A stretch of 64,000 nt of DNA from an uncultured virus (IMG/VR IMGVR_UViG_2814123274_000001) (taxonomy: Duplodnaviria > Heunggongvirae > Uroviricota > Caudoviricetes): the IMG/VR virus record IMGVR_UViG_2814123274_000001; one strand, written 5' to 3'. The notes below the pieces were generated by a model. That model saw only the letters and a program-made list of their open reading frames with translations, was not told the DNA's origin and did not search any database. Shown here piece by piece: positions 54,643 to 63,185 of this stretch. How positions within the stretch are numbered: position 1 is the first letter of the stretch; the number at the start of each line of letters is the position of its first letter. Position numbers and translations under genes: made by a program.

Positions 54643-55783
54643 TACGGTCATCCTCCGTCTCCATAACAAAGCGTGGTTCAAGAGAACCGTCCGACATAAC
54701 GCTTATCTCAACGATTTTCACTTTATCGTTTTGTACTTTATATGGACACTTTTGGCAATACGCATCCGTAGCCTCGCCATTTTTCTTTGCGTCACATCGC
54801 TGGCAATAATAGGCCAACGGAATATGGTTGCCAAACTTGACTCTTTGCTGCTCTTCCCGCTCCACCCGGTCGATTAGATTCAATACCTCAGGGGCGACCT
54901 TTTCTTTGGGAATTTTTATCGAAAAACCTTCATGTATTTTACAGAAATGATTGAGCTGGGCATTCAGTTCTTCATGGACTCTTCGCTTTGCCTCTTCCAT
55001 GATCTCGTCGCTAATGGGAATATCTTTCAAGCTGGGGCCCGTGATCAGCTCACTGTACGGCAGCCCCTCAATCCAGTCGCAGAAGGTATGCCATTCATCT
55101 AACTTATGGTTCCGCCGGCTTTTGTAGATATTGGCCAGCACTTCATAGTTGAGCATGACTGTCCGCCGCTGGTTGTAGGAGGAGGGAAGGAGCTGGATCA
55201 TTTGCCACCAATACTCTTTGACATGATTTTTAGCAAATTGATCGCCAGTAGATGCCTTTTGTTGATAATCCAGATACAATTCTCTGGCCTTATTAAGCAT
55301 AGCAATGGTGAGGTTGAGAATATCAATCGGTTCAATTTCGCAGATACCTTCTGTGGAATAGGTCCAACAATCCGTATCTTCACAATTCGCGGAATCGAAT
55401 AAATGCTCACACGAGAAATCCTCCAGTGTGAACTCCTTCGCCGCAATTTTGTGCATCGTGGAGCAGGAATTGGCCACCGTCCCAACCTTGTAGGTATCGA
55501 ACTCCTTCCACCAGTACAGAGGGCCAATCAGGTCTACATAGACCGTTATCATCCGCATGAACTTCCGGTGGTCGGTGCCAGCATTGCGGAGACGAGTCAT
55601 GAGGTCGAGGTCATTTGGACCAACTTGATACTTTGACACCAACGTGGAAATATCAAGGCTATGCGGATTGGCATCATAAAACACCCATTCGCTATCGCTC
55701 TTCTCCCAGGAGTTCATCGGGTTCCGCATACCGCGAATGGCATGCCCCCAGCCCAGAACCTCGGTGTTTTCAATTTTCAGCAT
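54629..55783 (-). CDS. ThyX/Thy1-like protein (divergent) with C-terminal extension
   Basis: AIRGMRNP.NSW, HRKFMR, PLYWWKEFDTY, SCSTMH, LPSSY.Q.RT..LNY, RRNHKL.EW pattern; canonical RHR motif not seen. Confidence 0.55.
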   Translation of the reverse strand: MLKIENTEVLGWGHAIRGMRNPMNSWEKSDSEWVFYDANPHSLDISTLVSKYQVGPNDLDLMTRLRNAGTDHRKFMRMITVYVDLIGPLYWWKEFDTYKVGTVANSCSTMHKIAAKEFTLEDFSCEHLFDSANCEDTDCWTYSTEGICEIEPIDILNLTIAMLNKARELYLDYQQKASTGDQFAKNHVKEYWWQMIQLLPSSYNQRRTVMLNYEVLANIYKSRRNHKLDEWHTFCDWIEGLPYSELITGPSLKDIPISDEIMEEAKRRVHEELNAQLNHFCKIHEGFSIKIPKEKVAPEVLNLIDRVEREEQQRVKFGNHIPLAYYCQRCDAKKNGEATDAYCQKCPYKVQNDKVKIVEISVMSDGSLEPRFVMETEDDRNGQQ

Positions 55784-56052
55784 TTATTTTTTCTCCTTTT
55801 GAATTTCCTGTATTCTCGACTATACTTCGTCAAAATTAAATCGAGCATGATACTGTTGGTTTGCTCAGTAGATTCGGGCATAGTCGTCAAATATGGATAT
55901 TTTTCTTTATCATCGATGAGAGTTTTGAATATAAGATCCAATGCAAATTGGGCGTTTATCGGAGGATCGCATAGCTCAAATGCTTTTCCCTCATACCAGC
56001 TTTCAATTCTCTTTTGAAAACCTTCAAAAGAGATATCAGCGTCCCATATCAT
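55777..56052 (-). CDS. Hypothetical protein
   Basis: AAAGGAG RBS. Confidence 0.6.
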   Translation of the reverse strand: MIWDADISFEGFQKRIESWYEGKAFELCDPPINAQFALDLIFKTLIDDKEKYPYLTTMPESTEQTNSIMLDLILTKYSREYRKFKRRKNKC

Positions 56053-56064
56053 CGTTTTCTCCTT

Positions 56065-56343
56065 TCATCTTTTCGTTCTACCGTCTAATCGCACCTTTTT
56101 TGATTTCAACGATCTTACCGGATGCTCGGCATCGTTTTTACCCCCTCTCAAATATGGCCCCAGGGCTCGCGTCAACAATAACGCGTTCGTTCGGCCAACA
56201 TTAGGCGGATAGCAAATATAAATCTTATTCCCATCAGTCATCTGACGGAGTATTTCCCTTTGAAAAGACAAGAGTTCGATACCAGTTCTTTTCAGAAACT
56301 CATCAAGTTTCTCATCCTTTATCATTAACCCCAACATCCCCAA
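56065..56343 (-). CDS. Hypothetical protein
   Basis: Co-directional ORF; ends uncertain. Confidence 0.4.
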   Translation of the reverse strand: MGMLGLMIKDEKLDEFLKRTGIELLSFQREILRQMTDGNKIYICYPPNVGRTNALLLTRALGPYLRGGKNDAEHPVRSLKSKKVRLDGRTKR

Positions 56344-56500
56344 TTCTCTTCAAATACGGGCACGCTTCGTCGCAGTCCAATTTGCACCGAGAGTACATCC
56401 CAGACTGAAACATGCATTTGTATTTGCTGGTCATACCGATATATTCTGCAAAAATGCAGTCTTCGCTTTTAACCGGGAGGTCACTGACAATTACTTTCAT
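56312..56500 (-). CDS. Small Cys-rich protein
   Basis: GGAGG RBS; C..F...C...C...CPYL. Confidence 0.55.
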   Translation of the reverse strand: MKVIVSDLPVKSEDCIFAEYIGMTSKYKCMFQSGMYSRCKLDCDEACPYLKRIGDVGVNDKG

Positions 56501-56667
56501 GTATTTCCCTCCAATCGAATGAATACCCCATATTCACTAAAATTCGGATCGCCAAGGGTTGCTCCCGCAAATAAGGCCACAACTTCTTCCATAGTCAACT
56601 CAATGGTGCGGTTACCATAGCAAGATGTGCAGCGCTCACGGTCTTCCTCAGTTTTAATGATCAGCAT
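56497..56667 (-). CDS. Small hypothetical protein (56 aa, absent from the ORF track)
   Basis: MLIIKTEEDRERCTSCYGNRTIELTMEEVVALFAG...; AAGGAG RBS; stop overlaps the next start. Confidence 0.55.
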   Translation of the reverse strand: MLIIKTEEDRERCTSCYGNRTIELTMEEVVALFAGATLGDPNFSEYGVFIRLEGNT

Positions 56668-57049
56668 TGTCTTCTCCTTCTTCTAACTCTCTATAACGAC
56701 AGACGCCTTCTTCTTTGATGATTTTGGCATGCGGATAGAAATGGTCTATGGCGTCAAGCTTCATTCGAGCAACCTCGCGGTTACCATGAACATCTTCCCA
56801 TTCATACCACTTTCCATCTATCCAAGAGCCGTCATGTTCTAATTTGCAATCGACATACTGGCAGGGGTGCCATGCGTTCCCATGAGATTCTCTTTTCATC
56901 TTCGCGTTCCACTTTTCGATTGACTCCGCTTTGGACTTCCGTGACCTCTCTAAAGAGATAGTACAATCCGGATTGATGCATCCACACAAATATCCATCAC
57001 GCGAGCCCCAAACATGTGCCGGGCGTCCGCATTTGCAACGAACAGCCAT
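56654..57049 (-). CDS. Zn-finger protein (Lar-like N-terminus)
   Basis: RCKCG...CGC.NPDC...SIEKWN. Confidence 0.5.
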   Translation of the reverse strand: MAVRCKCGRPAHVWGSRDGYLCGCINPDCTISLERSRKSKAESIEKWNAKMKRESHGNAWHPCQYVDCKLEHDGSWIDGKWYEWEDVHGNREVARMKLDAIDHFYPHAKIIKEEGVCRYRELEEGEDNADH

Positions 57050-57056
57050 AATCTGT

Positions 57057-57242
57057 TCACTCTTCATAGATGATGAGCGCACGATCCACAATGGTCGTCT
57101 CCGAAGGAACACCGTTTGTAAACCTGAGTACCAGCGTCATGCTCTGATATTTGATGTCGACGACTTTTTTGTCGGCGATGAAAGCATTGATTGAGCTTTG
57201 AAAGACTGCGGGATCGTCATTTGAAAAAATGCAAACTTTCAT
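57057..57242 (-). CDS. Small hypothetical protein
   Basis: INAFIA.KKVVDIKYQ...ALIIYEE; GGAGG RBS. Confidence 0.6.
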   Translation of the reverse strand: MKVCIFSNDDPAVFQSSINAFIADKKVVDIKYQSMTLVLRFTNGVPSETTIVDRALIIYEE

Positions 57243-57526
57243 TACTGACCCTCCAATTTACCGGCGCGATTGTGTTTCTCCATCGCCGACAGAATAGCGT
57301 TTTCGTCGTCGCAGAACTTGATTTTTGCAGGGTCGATCCGCCGGACGCCGTCCTTAAACTCGACAATTCCATAGACTTGTCCAATCTGGCCTCCGGGATG
57401 ACCACCCCGTAGCGGACTCGCATCCACCACATTGGACCATTGTTCCCAAATATGAAATTGACCCAGCTCGTCACCAACCTGACAGAGCCGGGTTTTCCAT
57501 CCGATTTTGCAGTTTAGTCCAGCCAT
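57242..57526 (-). CDS. Hypothetical phage protein
   Basis: AAAGGAG RBS; FH.W...GIVEFKDG.VRR..P..IKF. Confidence 0.65.
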   Translation of the reverse strand: MAGLNCKIGWKTRLCQVGDELGQFHIWEQWSNVVDASPLRGGHPGGQIGQVYGIVEFKDGVRRIDPAKIKFCDDENAILSAMEKHNRAGKLEGQ

Positions 57527-57710
57527 AGTTTCTCCTTTCAATATTTGAACCAAATCCAAGTTGCTGAAATAATTGCGATGATTGTCGCCGCAAGAGAGAG
57601 CCATCCGCTGTCTTTATATCGGCCTTTCCGAATATAGGTATGCATGTTGATCGCAGCCATCAAAACGAGAACGATTGCCATAAAAAGATCCGCAATGCGA
57701 TTCGGGTCAA

Positions 57711-57902
57711 TCATGCGCCCTCCTTATTATCGCTCTTGCCTCCGTTCAGAGCCGCGGCGATAAATGCCTGTGTTATACGCATGGCCTCTTCAGGGGTTGC
57801 TTTCGCAGCTACGCTACTGCGGTAAAATAGCAGAGACATCTCAGCCAATGTGCCAATAGCAGTAAAGAACTCCTTTAGCTGTTTTTCGTTCATCGTTCGC
57901 AT
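57711..57902 (-). CDS. Hypothetical protein
   Basis: AGGAG RBS. Confidence 0.55.
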   Translation of the reverse strand: MRTMNEKQLKEFFTAIGTLAEMSLLFYRSSVAAKATPEEAMRITQAFIAAALNGGKSDNKEGA

Positions 57903-57924
57903 CTCCTGTTTTCTCCAAAAATAT

Positions 57925-57955
57925 AAAAGACCGTCCCCTGAAACGAGGACGGTCT
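57925..57955 (-). terminator. Rho-independent terminator
   Basis: AGACCGTCC/GGACGGTCT stem plus TTTATATTTT. Confidence 0.75.
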
Positions 57956-57964
57956 TCGCAGAAT

Positions 57965-58753
57965 TTATTTCTGATAGGTAGCCTCAAACTCTTCCAGAAT
58001 ATCCAGAAAGTCCTGAGGAAGATATGTCAGAGCCCTTTTTCTCAGCTCGTTGGGCACGCCATAATAGGCTCCGGCAATGCTTCCGGTCATCGCAGCGATG
58101 GTATCACTGTCTCCCCCAAGGGACACCGCGATCCGGATGGCATCTTCAAAGCTTTCCGACTCCAGAAACGCTTCGATTGCCTGTGGAACAGAGCCCTGGC
58201 AGCTTGCGTCAAAGCGGTACTTGGGACGGATCTTGTCAATGGTGAAATCCAAAATATAATACCGCGTCTGGGCCACGTCCCGAAGTAACGACTTGGGTAA
58301 TGCGCTGCGGGCCCCAAAAATCATCGAGGCGATCGCTTCTGCGCCTTTCATTCCTTCCGGATGATTGTGGCTGACCCGAGTTACCGCATCGGAGAGTTTG
58401 ATGCATTCTTTTGCCGATTTTGCCACATAAGCCACAGGGCTGACCCGCATAGCCGAGCCGTTCCCATAACTCCAGTAGGGACCCGGCACTTTTTTGTACA
58501 GCCACTGGTAGAATATCCGTCCGTACCCGGCGTCAGGATACTTTTGCCCAATCTCCTGCATACACCGGATGGCATGGTTGCTGAGATCAGTATAGTCGCC
58601 GTTGCATTCCAGCAGAGCCTTCGCAATGGCCACCGTCATGGCGGTATCATCCGTAAACCGGCATTGGTCCGTGAACAGCTCAAAATCCTTTGACTTGTGG
58701 TTATGCCGCTCAAAACGGGAACCGACAATGTCGCCGATAATTGCTCCGAGCAT
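57965..58753 (-). CDS. ADP-ribosylglycohydrolase (DraG/ARH family)
   Basis: GAIIGDIVGS, FTDDTAMT, SYGNGSAMRVSP, SHNHPEG, GGDSDTIAAMTG. Confidence 0.92.
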   Translation of the reverse strand: MLGAIIGDIVGSRFERHNHKSKDFELFTDQCRFTDDTAMTVAIAKALLECNGDYTDLSNHAIRCMQEIGQKYPDAGYGRIFYQWLYKKVPGPYWSYGNGSAMRVSPVAYVAKSAKECIKLSDAVTRVSHNHPEGMKGAEAIASMIFGARSALPKSLLRDVAQTRYYILDFTIDKIRPKYRFDASCQGSVPQAIEAFLESESFEDAIRIAVSLGGDSDTIAAMTGSIAGAYYGVPNELRKRALTYLPQDFLDILEEFEATYQK

Positions 58754-58777
58754 GTACTTTCACCTCTTGTTCAGTAG

Positions 58778-58805
58778 AATATAATAAGGTAAGGTCACTT
58801 GTCAA
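58778..58805 (-). promoter_or_regulatory. Sigma-A promoter for the ADP-ribosylhydrolase gene
   Basis: TTGACA-16 nt-TATATT. Confidence 0.55.
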
Positions 58806-59412
58806 TTTCCAGGATGTGCGCCGCGATCATGTCGGCCGTATGCGTCCAAAGCACGTTTGAATACTTATGAATGGCCCGAGTATAGTCGTTCCACTCCTTC
58901 TGATCCACAAAGGCGCCCATGTGATAGCGGATACACAGAATTTCCTCTATGGTCAGCTGTAAATATTGGGAGAGCAGCATGACGGATTTGTCACCGTGAC
59001 CCTTGAGAAGCAAGTTTGGGTCATATTCCCATTTGCTTTCGTCAACAAGAGGGATCGGACCACCCCCACCATAGAAAGTTGTGTCGACGGGATGCTGGTA
59101 TTGATCCTGCTTACAAATATCATGAAACATGCCGATAATGTACGGAGAGTCGGGGCGCTGCCACTCCAAATTATTATTGTGGCTGAGGGTGACCAACACG
59201 GAAGTCACATTGTAGCTGTGGTCAAACAGACCGCCTTCGTAGGCTCCATGGTACTTTGTGCTTGCCGGTGCGGTAAAGAACCCACTCTCTGTCAGCTTCT
59301 CAGCGATGTCCTGCGGAAACAGATGCAGAGCAGGTGCCATGCAATCATGAAAAGCGCGAATGCGGTCTTCATGAGTGACGAAGTTTGCCGAAGATTTAGT
59401 TTCATCGCACAT
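58795..59412 (-). CDS. HD-domain phosphohydrolase
   Basis: FFTAPASTKYHGAYEGGL.DHS, HDICK, GHGDKS, IRYHMG, HTAD. Confidence 0.9.
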   Translation of the reverse strand: MCDETKSSANFVTHEDRIRAFHDCMAPALHLFPQDIAEKLTESGFFTAPASTKYHGAYEGGLFDHSYNVTSVLVTLSHNNNLEWQRPDSPYIIGMFHDICKQDQYQHPVDTTFYGGGGPIPLVDESKWEYDPNLLLKGHGDKSVMLLSQYLQLTIEEILCIRYHMGAFVDQKEWNDYTRAIHKYSNVLWTHTADMIAAHILEIDK

Positions 59413-59424
59413 CGTTTTTCTCCT

Positions 59425-59754
59425 TTAGATTGGAATTTTCAGTTGTTCATACTGGCCGTAAGTACCCTTGTTTTTCAGCGCGATCAACTGCCGGGCCTTA
59501 TTGACCGCCCAAGGGTCATTCAATGGCAGGTTCATGCCGGTGGAGTGGTCGAAATCCTTGAATTCTTTGGCGTAGGGTACTTTTGCAGCAATCTCCGGAT
59601 ACTCGGCTTGCAGCTCCTCCAATTCAGTGGCCCATGCCGACCATGTGCTATCCGAAATCAGATTGTCGTTCATCTTGTAGTAAATAATGCTATGAACCAG
59701 AATCTGCCTCCTCCGACGATTAAGCAGCTCTGCGATGCTTTTCCGGCTCGGCAT
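59425..59754 (-). CDS. Stand-alone protein resembling NAD-dependent DNA ligase domain Ia
   Basis: ILVHSIIYY...NLISDSTW...EL..LQ.EYP resembles LigA H...YY....P.ISD.EYD. Confidence 0.6.
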   Translation of the reverse strand: MPSRKSIAELLNRRRRQILVHSIIYYKMNDNLISDSTWSAWATELEELQAEYPEIAAKVPYAKEFKDFDHSTGMNLPLNDPWAVNKARQLIALKNKGTYGQYEQLKIPI

Positions 59755-60991
59755 TGTGGTTCACCTCCAACGGTTTCGTGGCCCAGCCGACGAACTTGCC
59801 CTCATTGAAGTTCTTCTTCTTGGACAGGGCCTTGCTGATAGCGAGGTCGATCCCAGAAAAACTCTTCAAGTGATAGTAGTTCAGGTCCCGGTATGGCGTG
59901 GTCAACCGATCAATCCGTCCAGCCGCCTGGGTGGCCACTTTATAGGAATACTGCTGTGAGTAAAATATAATGGTGTCCGTGGTGATGCAGTTCCACCCCT
60001 CGCAGCCGGCGGTGTATTGAACGAGGTACACCCACTTGTCCCCCGTGGGGATCTCCTGGTGCTTATGCCCATTCCACTCCGCGATTTCCGTGCCCTCCGG
60101 ATACCCAAGGGAACGCAAAATATCCAGCTCGTAGTCGTAGCTGTAAAAGATGATGGCTTTGGGGTGGTCCTCCAGCAACTCCAATACCGCGACTGCTCTG
60201 GACTCATCCGAATTCGTGACTCTGCGGAGCGCCATACACAGTTCCGCTGCCGTCTCAATCGGCCGGTCTTCCCACGGGTTCCACCGGCTCCGCATGATGT
60301 CCTTATACTTGGAAATATCATACGACACTCGTACATCCTCATGGTGGGAAACCGTCTGCCGTTTGAAGTCCATGTTGACCAGGATTTTATCCCGAAGTCG
60401 GATCAACCGCCCTGTATTGCGGTAACCGTCAATCTTCGGATACTTGGCCCGCCAGTCATAGATCACATGCTGATCCACAAAGTCGGTCTTATTGCGGTAG
60501 AACCCATTTGCGATAAAGACCGGAATATAATCCTGCCAAGTATCGCCGGGCGTAGCCGAAAGCAAGATCCAATTATTCGACTTGACGATTTTAAGGAACG
60601 CTTTGGTCCAGGCGCCGTAACCAACCACCCGCTGCTCGTCAAATATAAAGAAGGCATTCTTAACGTCCACATACTTGGTAATGTTGTTCCAGGAGTCAAT
60701 GACCACTTTGTTTTTGTAATAATTGGCATCCGGATTAGGGGAGAGCAGGAACGGAGCCAGATCGCCTTGCCATTCGCAGGTATCCCGTTTGTGCGCCGTG
60801 GTGATGATATAGAGATCTCTGGGTTTCTTCATCGGAATATAATCATCCGTACCCAGCTGGCCGCCCTCATGCAGATAGTAGTAAGCGAGGCCGGTCCTGG
60901 ATTTCCCAGAGCCGACCCCGCCGCAGAGAATGCACCCGTTTTTCATCCGGCCCAGGGCTTCGCGCTGATAGTCATAAAGCTGGATCGCCAC
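59720..60991 (-). CDS. Superfamily 2 helicase
   Basis: LYDYQ, GGVGSGKS, FDEQ, LSATPG, QAAGRIDR. Confidence 0.9.
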   Translation of the reverse strand: MAIQLYDYQREALGRMKNGCILCGGVGSGKSRTGLAYYYLHEGGQLGTDDYIPMKKPRDLYIITTAHKRDTCEWQGDLAPFLLSPNPDANYYKNKVVIDSWNNITKYVDVKNAFFIFDEQRVVGYGAWTKAFLKIVKSNNWILLSATPGDTWQDYIPVFIANGFYRNKTDFVDQHVIYDWRAKYPKIDGYRNTGRLIRLRDKILVNMDFKRQTVSHHEDVRVSYDISKYKDIMRSRWNPWEDRPIETAAELCMALRRVTNSDESRAVAVLELLEDHPKAIIFYSYDYELDILRSLGYPEGTEIAEWNGHKHQEIPTGDKWVYLVQYTAGCEGWNCITTDTIIFYSQQYSYKVATQAAGRIDRLTTPYRDLNYYHLKSFSGIDLAISKALSKKKNFNEGKFVGWATKPLEVNHNAEPEKHRRAA

Positions 60992-60997
60992 AGGGCA

Positions 60998-61963
60998 TCA
61001 CTTATCCTCTTTCTCAAATAAGTCGATAAATCTATGGATCATCCTTCTCGTTTGCCATACATCTGAGAAGTACATAGGTGTGAACCAGTAGTTCTCCATG
61101 CTATCATCGGAAGTCATCGGCTCCGTAAGAGCATTTCCAACCTTGATATAGCCGGCTACTCCCAGCAGAGAAATTTGAATGTAGCACATCAGGGCCACCA
61201 GCTCCTCAATATCTTGACCGATGATCAGAATGTGGTTCTGAAAGTTCAGCCCAGCATCTTCTAGCATATGGCGTGCCGAATTGATTGCCGCGATCAGGTT
61301 TGCGCCCGCACCGCAGCAGCAGTCGTTGATGGAAACATATCCTTGCTCCTCAACTTGTTGAACAAGGTCACCCATCGTGATGTCCGCCATCAGTTGACAC
61401 ACGTGGTATGGTGTAAATATCTGTTTCAGCTCCTCGTAGTCGAGGTGCAAATCCATGAACATCCTGCCGAGAAAGTCCTGCTCCGGGTTCTCATCTAGGG
61501 CCATGACCACATTGGCATAGAGTTCGGGGAAGATATGCTGCTGAGATTTTTCGTATTTGTTGATTGTTTCAAGATACCGCTTCTCGCGTTCGTCATAGTG
61601 GGATTTGTCCACGGTATTGGATATTGCACAGGCCGACATGACAATAAAGTCTCTCCAAATATCAATCGGGCGACTCCTTGGAGAAAGCAGCTGCTGAAAT
61701 TTAGAGCGAAACTCATGATAATACTCGCTTTTCCTCATGGTCATCCTATGCGGAAGATACTCTTTCTTAACAGACCGAGCGGATTCCAGCATCGGAACAA
61801 TCGGCGTTTCCTTTGTCTGTACTGCCTTTGGCGGAACAGCCATAGGCGGTTTCCATGGCTCCTCCATCGGTTTTGACCGCGTCTGTATCCTTGGTTTCTG
61901 CTGAGAAGGCTCGGAATGTTTCTTCGATTTTTTCTTCCGGGTATTTTTCCAGAATGGTTTCAT
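60998..61963 (-). CDS. N6-DNA methylase-like SAM-binding protein
   Basis: QDFLG..FM.L...QIFTPYHV..LMA, NDCCCGAG, GQDI...MCYIQ.SL.G...GNAL. Confidence 0.75.
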   Translation of the reverse strand: MKPFWKNTRKKKSKKHSEPSQQKPRIQTRSKPMEEPWKPPMAVPPKAVQTKETPIVPMLESARSVKKEYLPHRMTMRKSEYYHEFRSKFQQLLSPRSRPIDIWRDFIVMSACAISNTVDKSHYDEREKRYLETINKYEKSQQHIFPELYANVVMALDENPEQDFLGRMFMDLHLDYEELKQIFTPYHVCQLMADITMGDLVQQVEEQGYVSINDCCCGAGANLIAAINSARHMLEDAGLNFQNHILIIGQDIEELVALMCYIQISLLGVAGYIKVGNALTEPMTSDDSMENYWFTPMYFSDVWQTRRMIHRFIDLFEKEDK

Positions 61964-62037
61964 TCCACGCCCTCCTTAAATATCATGTCGTAAATTACCT
62001 CTTTAGCCACGATTTTCTCCTTTCGTGCGTAAAACGC

Positions 62038-62397
62038 TTATGGATATACTCCGTCTTCTGTTCGGAAGAGACCGATGACCTCCTTGTCGATAAACTCTGC
62101 CGCAACGCCAAACACATTCCGCATCTTTGCATCAAAAGAAGTGCATGCATAGCCGTACAGCTTCAGCGCAAACCGATAGGCGACGTCCTCGACGGGATTG
62201 TCTGGATCTTCCACAATGGTTTTCGCCAGCTCTGAAATCGCCCATCTCTGAATGCACCGTTTCTCAAATTCTTTTTCTTTGTCTTGAGCACGTCGGCATA
62301 CCATCAGACCTTCTTTGATGTTGTTGCGTAAATTGTCCGGCTCGGTATAATCCAAAAATGCATACATGCCATCGACAAACGCTTGATGTTCGTACAT
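62038..62397 (-). CDS. Hypothetical protein
   Basis: AGAGG RBS; co-directional ORF. Confidence 0.6.
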   Translation of the reverse strand: MYEHQAFVDGMYAFLDYTEPDNLRNNIKEGLMVCRRAQDKEKEFEKRCIQRWAISELAKTIVEDPDNPVEDVAYRFALKLYGYACTSFDAKMRNVFGVAAEFIDKEVIGLFRTEDGVYP

Positions 62398-62475
62398 AGT
62401 AATGCCTCTTTCTCAGGGGGGGGGGGATAAGGGAGCGCCGGCTATCTCCTTATTCACCGACGCCCCCATGGATAT

Positions 62476-62973
62476 TTACTCCTCCGGATACTCTTCGCCG
62501 GCGTATTTCTCGGCGAACCTATCCTCCTCGATGACGACATACATATTCCGCAGATAGGCCTTAACACCGCGCTTTTCGTTCGTGGTGCCCTCCTGAATGA
62601 CCCAGTTGTAGGGACGGATGGTCAGATCCACGTGCCGGATCTCCGCAAAATCGAGGACATCAATGGCCTCCTCGTCCAGTTTGGTCTTTTTCTTTTTCCC
62701 TTCAGGAATCATATAGACCGTAGGCGGAATGTTCCCAAAGCTGACCGCCACCTGAATATAATAGCGGGGGTCTTCGCCCTCCTCACGGGGCGGGCGCTCC
62801 CGGATGTTCCAGCCATCATCCATGAGCTTTTTCGCATCCTGCGGGTTATCGATTTGGACACAGAAGTTACGCTGGCCGGCTCGGTTATACTTACCCTCCC
62901 GTCCGGAGAAGTTCCGAAACATAATATGGGCGTCTTCAATCACGAGGTTGTCATTTACTCTGGAATTAGCCAT
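62476..62973 (-). CDS. Putative single-stranded DNA-binding protein
   Basis: FRNFSG...YN..GQRNFC...DLTIRPY.W...GVKAYL; acidic C-terminal tail; in the replication module. Confidence 0.7.
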   Translation of the reverse strand: MANSRVNDNLVIEDAHIMFRNFSGREGKYNRAGQRNFCVQIDNPQDAKKLMDDGWNIRERPPREEGEDPRYYIQVAVSFGNIPPTVYMIPEGKKKKTKLDEEAIDVLDFAEIRHVDLTIRPYNWVIQEGTTNEKRGVKAYLRNMYVVIEEDRFAEKYAGEEYPEE

Positions 62974-62975
62974 AA

Positions 62976-63185
62976 TCAGAATCTCCTTTTCAAATCTTCG
63001 ATTTCTTCTTCGAGCTTTTTTACGCGGTTAAGCAGACGGCCCTCATAGCCCATAGCCATGAGAGCCATCAGAACTGCCAATACGATATTGACCACACACC
63101 AAAACGGACGGCCAGTGACGCCTGAGATGAAGGCAGCCACAACATTGAACCAAAATATCGTCAGTAAAATGGTCATACCCGTCAC
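62976..63185 (-). CDS. Small membrane protein
   Basis: Two hydrophobic helices plus a short coiled coil. Confidence 0.6.
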   Translation of the reverse strand: MTGMTILLTIFWFNVVAAFISGVTGRPFWCVVNIVLAVLMALMAMGYEGRLLNRVKKLEEEIEDLKRRF

